Shown here piece after piece: positions 59,519 through 64,000 of a DNA stretch of 64,000 bases. The DNA is taken from contig FLMG01000211.1 in the NCBI GenBank assembly GCA_900088475.1, positions 1 through 64,000 on the forward strand, read 5' to 3'. The translations under genes and the position numbers were made by a program. The stretch's first letter is position 1; each line of letters begins with the position of its first letter. Below the pieces are notes generated by a model. That model was not told the origin of the DNA and searched no databases. It saw only the letters and a list, made by a program, of their open reading frames with translations. The stretch is from Hyphochytrium catenoides. Its lineage: Eukaryota > Protista > Hyphochytriomycota.

Positions 59519-62057
59519 CTAGCTGTGGATCTTCTTGATGTGCATCAAAGCTCGTTCGATGCTTTCGGTCATCCCTTCACTATCCGTCTCCTCACAACTC
59601 TTGAAGCTTGTAACGTTAATGGGCACATTGTCATCAAAGATGAGATATCCAATACCATAACCATCCTCAGCTACTGCTCCAAAGTTGAAGAAGTCATAAA
59701 GTGGCGTTGTAACATTGCTGGACGAAATGCGCCATGTGGAGCTCCGTACGCGAATAGGATCCTTGAAGAAAGGATGGACTTTGCCTTCTTTGGATGCAAT
59801 GGACGAAAGAGCAAGCAGGTGCCGGTCGCAACCCATACCCTTCTGTGCAAGCTTTGCAACTTCAATATGCTTTTCAGCCGCTTTCCGGAACGTGGCCTTC
59901 TGCTTGTCGTTGGAGTCATTGTTTAGGACCGATTTTACAAACGCTGCCGCCTCTGGAGGTATAAGGAAAGGGGCAGTGTTTACTTTTCGTTCCACATGCA
60001 TAATAGAAGGGACTAGTCCAGCGAGGCGATCTCCAAAATCATCATCAGCAGGAAGCCAGAAAGACTATTTAGCTGGGTACGCAAAAACATAAAAGTATGA
60101 GGGTCATGGAAAGGCGAACAAACGCACCGTTAGTACACGAACGAATGGTCTCCGTCCGACCATGAAGAAAGTTGCGGACCGCGCATGACTCATAAGTGGG
60201 AGGCAAGACACCGTGCGCGCGGAAGAACGCCAACTGGAAGGATAGCTGAACAACCGCATCTGGACTCAGCTTCCACGTCTGATGTGCACAAATCAAAGAG
60301 AGATCTGACTGTTAACACACAAATATGTGAATGCGGTCGGCTACGCTTACATCTTACCTTCATGAGATTCTTTCCATAACTATCAAAGTTCAGCAAGCTA
60401 GATTGATTATTGGTGATTTCAGCCTGAAAGCGGCGATCCGCAACCTCGATGCCGTCCAGCACTGATTGTGGCAGGTTAAATGTCAGAGCCTGCGGTTTCA
60501 CAGGACTTTTCAAGACAGATGGAGCCTTGGGTAGTTTAGAAAAGCCACTCTCTGTTCCGTGCATATCATGCCAGGCTTCGTGCTGCTCGCAAAACGCGAT
60601 TGTCAGAAGGCTCTAGCTCATGTAAGCTCGGCTTCAGGAGAGATATCGAAAAACTTACAATCCAGCGGTTCCAGGTCATTCCGTCCGAGAAGGAGTGTTC
60701 AAAGTTGATTCCCATCTGGCCATCGGGAGCAACAATAATCTGATGCTTATCAAACCATCTGTTCAAGAGAAAGCCAGCAAGACAACGGCAAGAATGAGGG
60801 TACTAGATCTCAGGGGTGGTCCGAAATAGTGCCATGTCCCTAGTAGATTGTGCGGATCGTTCACCTGTTTCTTCCGTTGCCGTGCAGTATCATGACAGAC
60901 TTCTCCAACTCCGTCTCCGGCTTCTCGTCTTCTAGAACAACTACAGCGAGAGCAGAATCGATCGCTTCCAAAGACGCTCTATTCGTCTCATCGGCCTATA
61001 TTACCGACGTTAGGCGGCGAGCAAAGAATGGTAAAAGGTACAAGCTAAGGTAGAAATGTCGCAAACTCTTTACCTAAAGGAAAGAAAGACATACCTCAAG
61101 GGTAGCCCTATGTTTGGCCCATTCATTACGTTCCTGAGTCGTCAGAACGCCAAGATACGGCCCTTTACCCTGCAAACATCAACGCTTGAGAGACAGTACA
61201 GACGCAGGAGCTTTGGCTAGGTCTACCTTTGGGGCATTGATTATGGACTGCAGGCTTGCGGTCAGCTCATTCTCTGAAATCTGACTACCATCGGTGCCAA
61301 GGACCTCGACTTTGTAAAAGTACGGACCACGGATAACAACAATATGCCTCGAATCCTCGAACAGGGTTACGATGTCTCGGTCCTTCCGTGCTATACGACC
61401 ACCACCAAATTGCAGGGGATATTGGGACATGTCTTGTGGTCCCTTGTCTGGTTCGAGCGCACTGGATTTTACTTTTCTGGACCAGTTGACGCATGAACCG
61501 ACAAACTTGGCAGCTCTTAAAGCTTGGTCCATCCATCCGCTGTTTTCCTCGTCAATAAGGCCATATCCAGGATTGCTATTGATAGGGATGCTGTAGCGGC
61601 CAGCCAGATACATTGCGTCCCAGTCCTCTTCAATGTAACTGTAGGGGTAGCCGCCATTGGCCTCCTGCTTTTTGGTTCTTGCCACCAGCTATGGAATAGT
61701 TTAGACTAGAGAAAGAAGAACTCCGATTAATGGGTCGATACCTGCTCATGGAGTTTCGGTCCATCTGTCTTCTGAAAGTCGCGAACGAGCTTCTCGTGTT
61801 CGGCAAATTTATTATCCGAGACCAGAGGCTTGATAGAAGACAGGTAAAGACTTAGGGTTTGGTCCAGTTCAGGAATGGGAAGCCTTGGAAGATTCAGTGG
61901 ATTGCCATAACGCAGATCCTTATAGTTTGGCCTACAGTATTAGGATGAGGAGTCATCATTACAACTTCAACGAAGACAGCTACACTTACAGCGTAGCGAG
62001 TTGTCGATATGGTATCCGCATAGCAAGGCGCTGCCGCGCCTGATGAATCATCAGCAT
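59519..62057 (-). CDS. Carnitine/choline O-acyltransferase (CrAT/CPT2-like), probably mitochondrial, about 9 exons
   Basis: Arg-rich presequence [52 protein letters not shown], catalytic [53 protein letters not shown] and [13 protein letters not shown]. Confidence 0.92.
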
Positions 62058-62660
62058 GGTTCCCAGTGGTAAGAGCTTGATTGGCACGTTGGGCGATTCC
62101 TTCAGGAGTTGGGTTGGGTTGAAGCACTGTGAAGCTCAAGGTTCAAGTTCTGAAGCTCACGTCTTCATCTGCAACAAGAATAACTGACACCTTTGGGTGT
62201 ACTGACTGAGATCTTCCAGGTCAAATAGCTAAAGGAGACCTACCCAATGACTAGTCGGCGGCGATGAACGCTGGATGTCTCCTCCTGGCTCCCAACTATA
62301 GAGGTAAAGGTTTTTTATTCAGTAATATACTTATTGACTTCTACTATAGCCTTCTTTTGTAATTGACGTAATGCGACTTTTATAGGTCGCTGTTGTTCTG
62401 GATTCAGAAGATACACTGCACTTGAGGCACTACTAATAACTGTAGGAACTAAAGGACCCTACGAACAGTCATAGAAACAGAGTCTCCTTCTCCCTTCTCC
62501 CCATACAGTACCCCTGTTCGTACCAGTATGTACTCCTGTACACCCAGGCTGTACGAGGTACCACTCGCATTACAGATTGATTCAATTAAAGCTGCATTCT
62601 TCAGAATATATGACTATAATATTTGGAAGAATGTGGTTTGAATTTTAGAAGGCCGTCATG

Positions 62661-62703
62661 TTTCGCGCCAAAGCATTGACCAAGTGCGACACTCCCGCCA
62701 AAA
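62661..62703. promoter_or_regulatory. E2F-binding elements upstream of RPA1
   Basis: TTTCGCGCCAAA at 62661-62672 contains overlapping E2F consensus sites on both strands. TCCCGCCAAAA (reverse TTTTGGCGGGA) lies at 62693-62703. Both are 140-185 bp before the RPA1 ATG. Confidence 0.7.
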
Positions 62704-62844
62704 TGGAACTGAAAACTGGAGACAGAAGCAGAACTCTTACTCCTGGGCTTACAACTGAGAAGCTTCAGACAAATCGCAGATAGAGTCTTCCGAGCTAACA
62801 GTCTAGAGCAAATCTTGCCTACTTCCGACGATCACATCGTAACC

Positions 62845-64000
62845 ATGACCGCTTTGTCTCCCAGCTCGATTGCAGCTATTCTAAGCGGCAGAACGGACTT
62901 TCACCCAGTCGTTCAGGTATAGTGTCAGCTTCGTGCCATGGCTATCGCTGCTGCTGATGGTCTGTCCGCAATAGATTCTCGAGGCGAAGCGCATTCCTAA
63001 CATTCAACAGGAGAGATACAAGTAAGTCTGAAGAGTTCCCTGAATGCTATGAAGAGGCTAATAGTTACCAAACCTAGGCTAGTAATCTCCGATGGATCGC
63101 ACTTTTGCCAGGCGATGCTGGCCACACAGCTTCACAATGTAAGGGTCTGCTCCTCCGGCGAATAATCTCTGATACTAAAGCTATCTGCTTCAGCTCATAG
63201 TCAGCCAAAAGATGGGCGTGAATTCTGTCATACGACTTGAGGAATTTGTCTGCAATGAAATCCAAGGACGAAAGTAAGAGAAGCTGATGCTACAACGGAT
63301 ATTACCTTTATCTCATTGTGAGTTGCCTACCCTTCAGGATAGTGATAGTGCTTCATCTTGAAGTACTTGTCCAAGACGCAGGCCATAAGATTGGGAACCC
63401 TCAGATGTTTGAGAGCGGAGGAGCTGCACGTCCAGCTCAAACAGCAGCCCCGCCCATGCAACCTCAACAGCGGACTTATGCACAGCCTCAGACTACTTCA
63501 CAAACCTACGGGCAGCCAAACAACCCAACACCGAGCTATGGACAGTCGAATACGCGTCCAGCTTATGGGCAGACGACTGGAGCGTCTAGCTATGGCCAAA
63601 CTAATGCGAATGTGGGCCAAAGGGAACCCTACAGGGCACCGCAGCAATCAACAGGCTCTTCTGCCTATGGAGGTTACCAGCAGGTAACCTTGTCACTCAC
63701 CGCGTTCCCTTCATTACCCTTCCCCTATTTAGCAACCCCGAGGAAGGGGACTAACGCGATCATTTGGCTCCCAGTCCAACCCATACATGCAAAATCGGGC
63801 CGCCCCTGTTGTCCGAGACGACGGCGACGCCCCACGAGTGGCTACCATCAAGATGCTCAACCCCTATCAAAACCGATGGACTATTAAGGCAAGGCTAACG
63901 GCCAAGTCTGAGATTCGCCGTTGGTCAAATGCGCGGGGAGAAGGCAAGCTGTTCAGCATTGATCTTCTGGACAACAGCGGGGAAGTGCGCGCTACCTTTT
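62845..64000 (+). CDS. RPA1: Replication protein A 70 kDa subunit, 5' part (truncated by the window edge)
   Basis: Spliced N-terminal OB fold PVVQILEAKRI..ERYKLVISDGSHFCQAMLATQL..NSVIRLEEFVCNEI..KIGNP, a Q/Y/G linker, then LNPYQNRWTIKARLTAKSEIRRWSNARGEGKLFSIDLLDNSGEVRATF. Confidence 0.95.

Overview
Eukaryotic nuclear DNA (roughly 50% GC) with GT-AG spliceosomal introns and the standard genetic code; TAA, TAG and TGA all end well-conserved genes. It is probably a stramenopile-like protist, which is an inference and not proven. The layout has three parts. (1) About 1-16.2 kb holds intron-rich housekeeping genes: a frame-damaged PX-BAR sorting nexin, a MINPP-type histidine phosphatase, RBMX2/Ist3, a small membrane protein, a neutral sphingomyelinase and TBP. 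(2) About 16.3-35.9 kb is an accessory island of mostly intronless, lineage-specific genes: an Mx-like dynamin, two multipass membrane proteins, and two paralogous 14-Cys surface proteins flanking a decayed CRE-like non-LTR retrotransposon 3' end, plus pseudogene-like debris. (3) About 36-64 kb holds conserved genes: a DUF4112 protein, UBE2W, DNA-PKcs with a 12.4-kb first exon, PP4R3/SMEK, a carnitine acyltransferase, and the 5' part of RPA1 with a textbook E2F site. The best leads for something undescribed are the Cys-rich surface-protein family in the island next to the Mx-like GTPase, a TBP with a C-terminal tail, GTAC clusters upstream of several genes, and a run of DNA-damage-response genes. 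All gene models were spliced by eye and no database searches were run.
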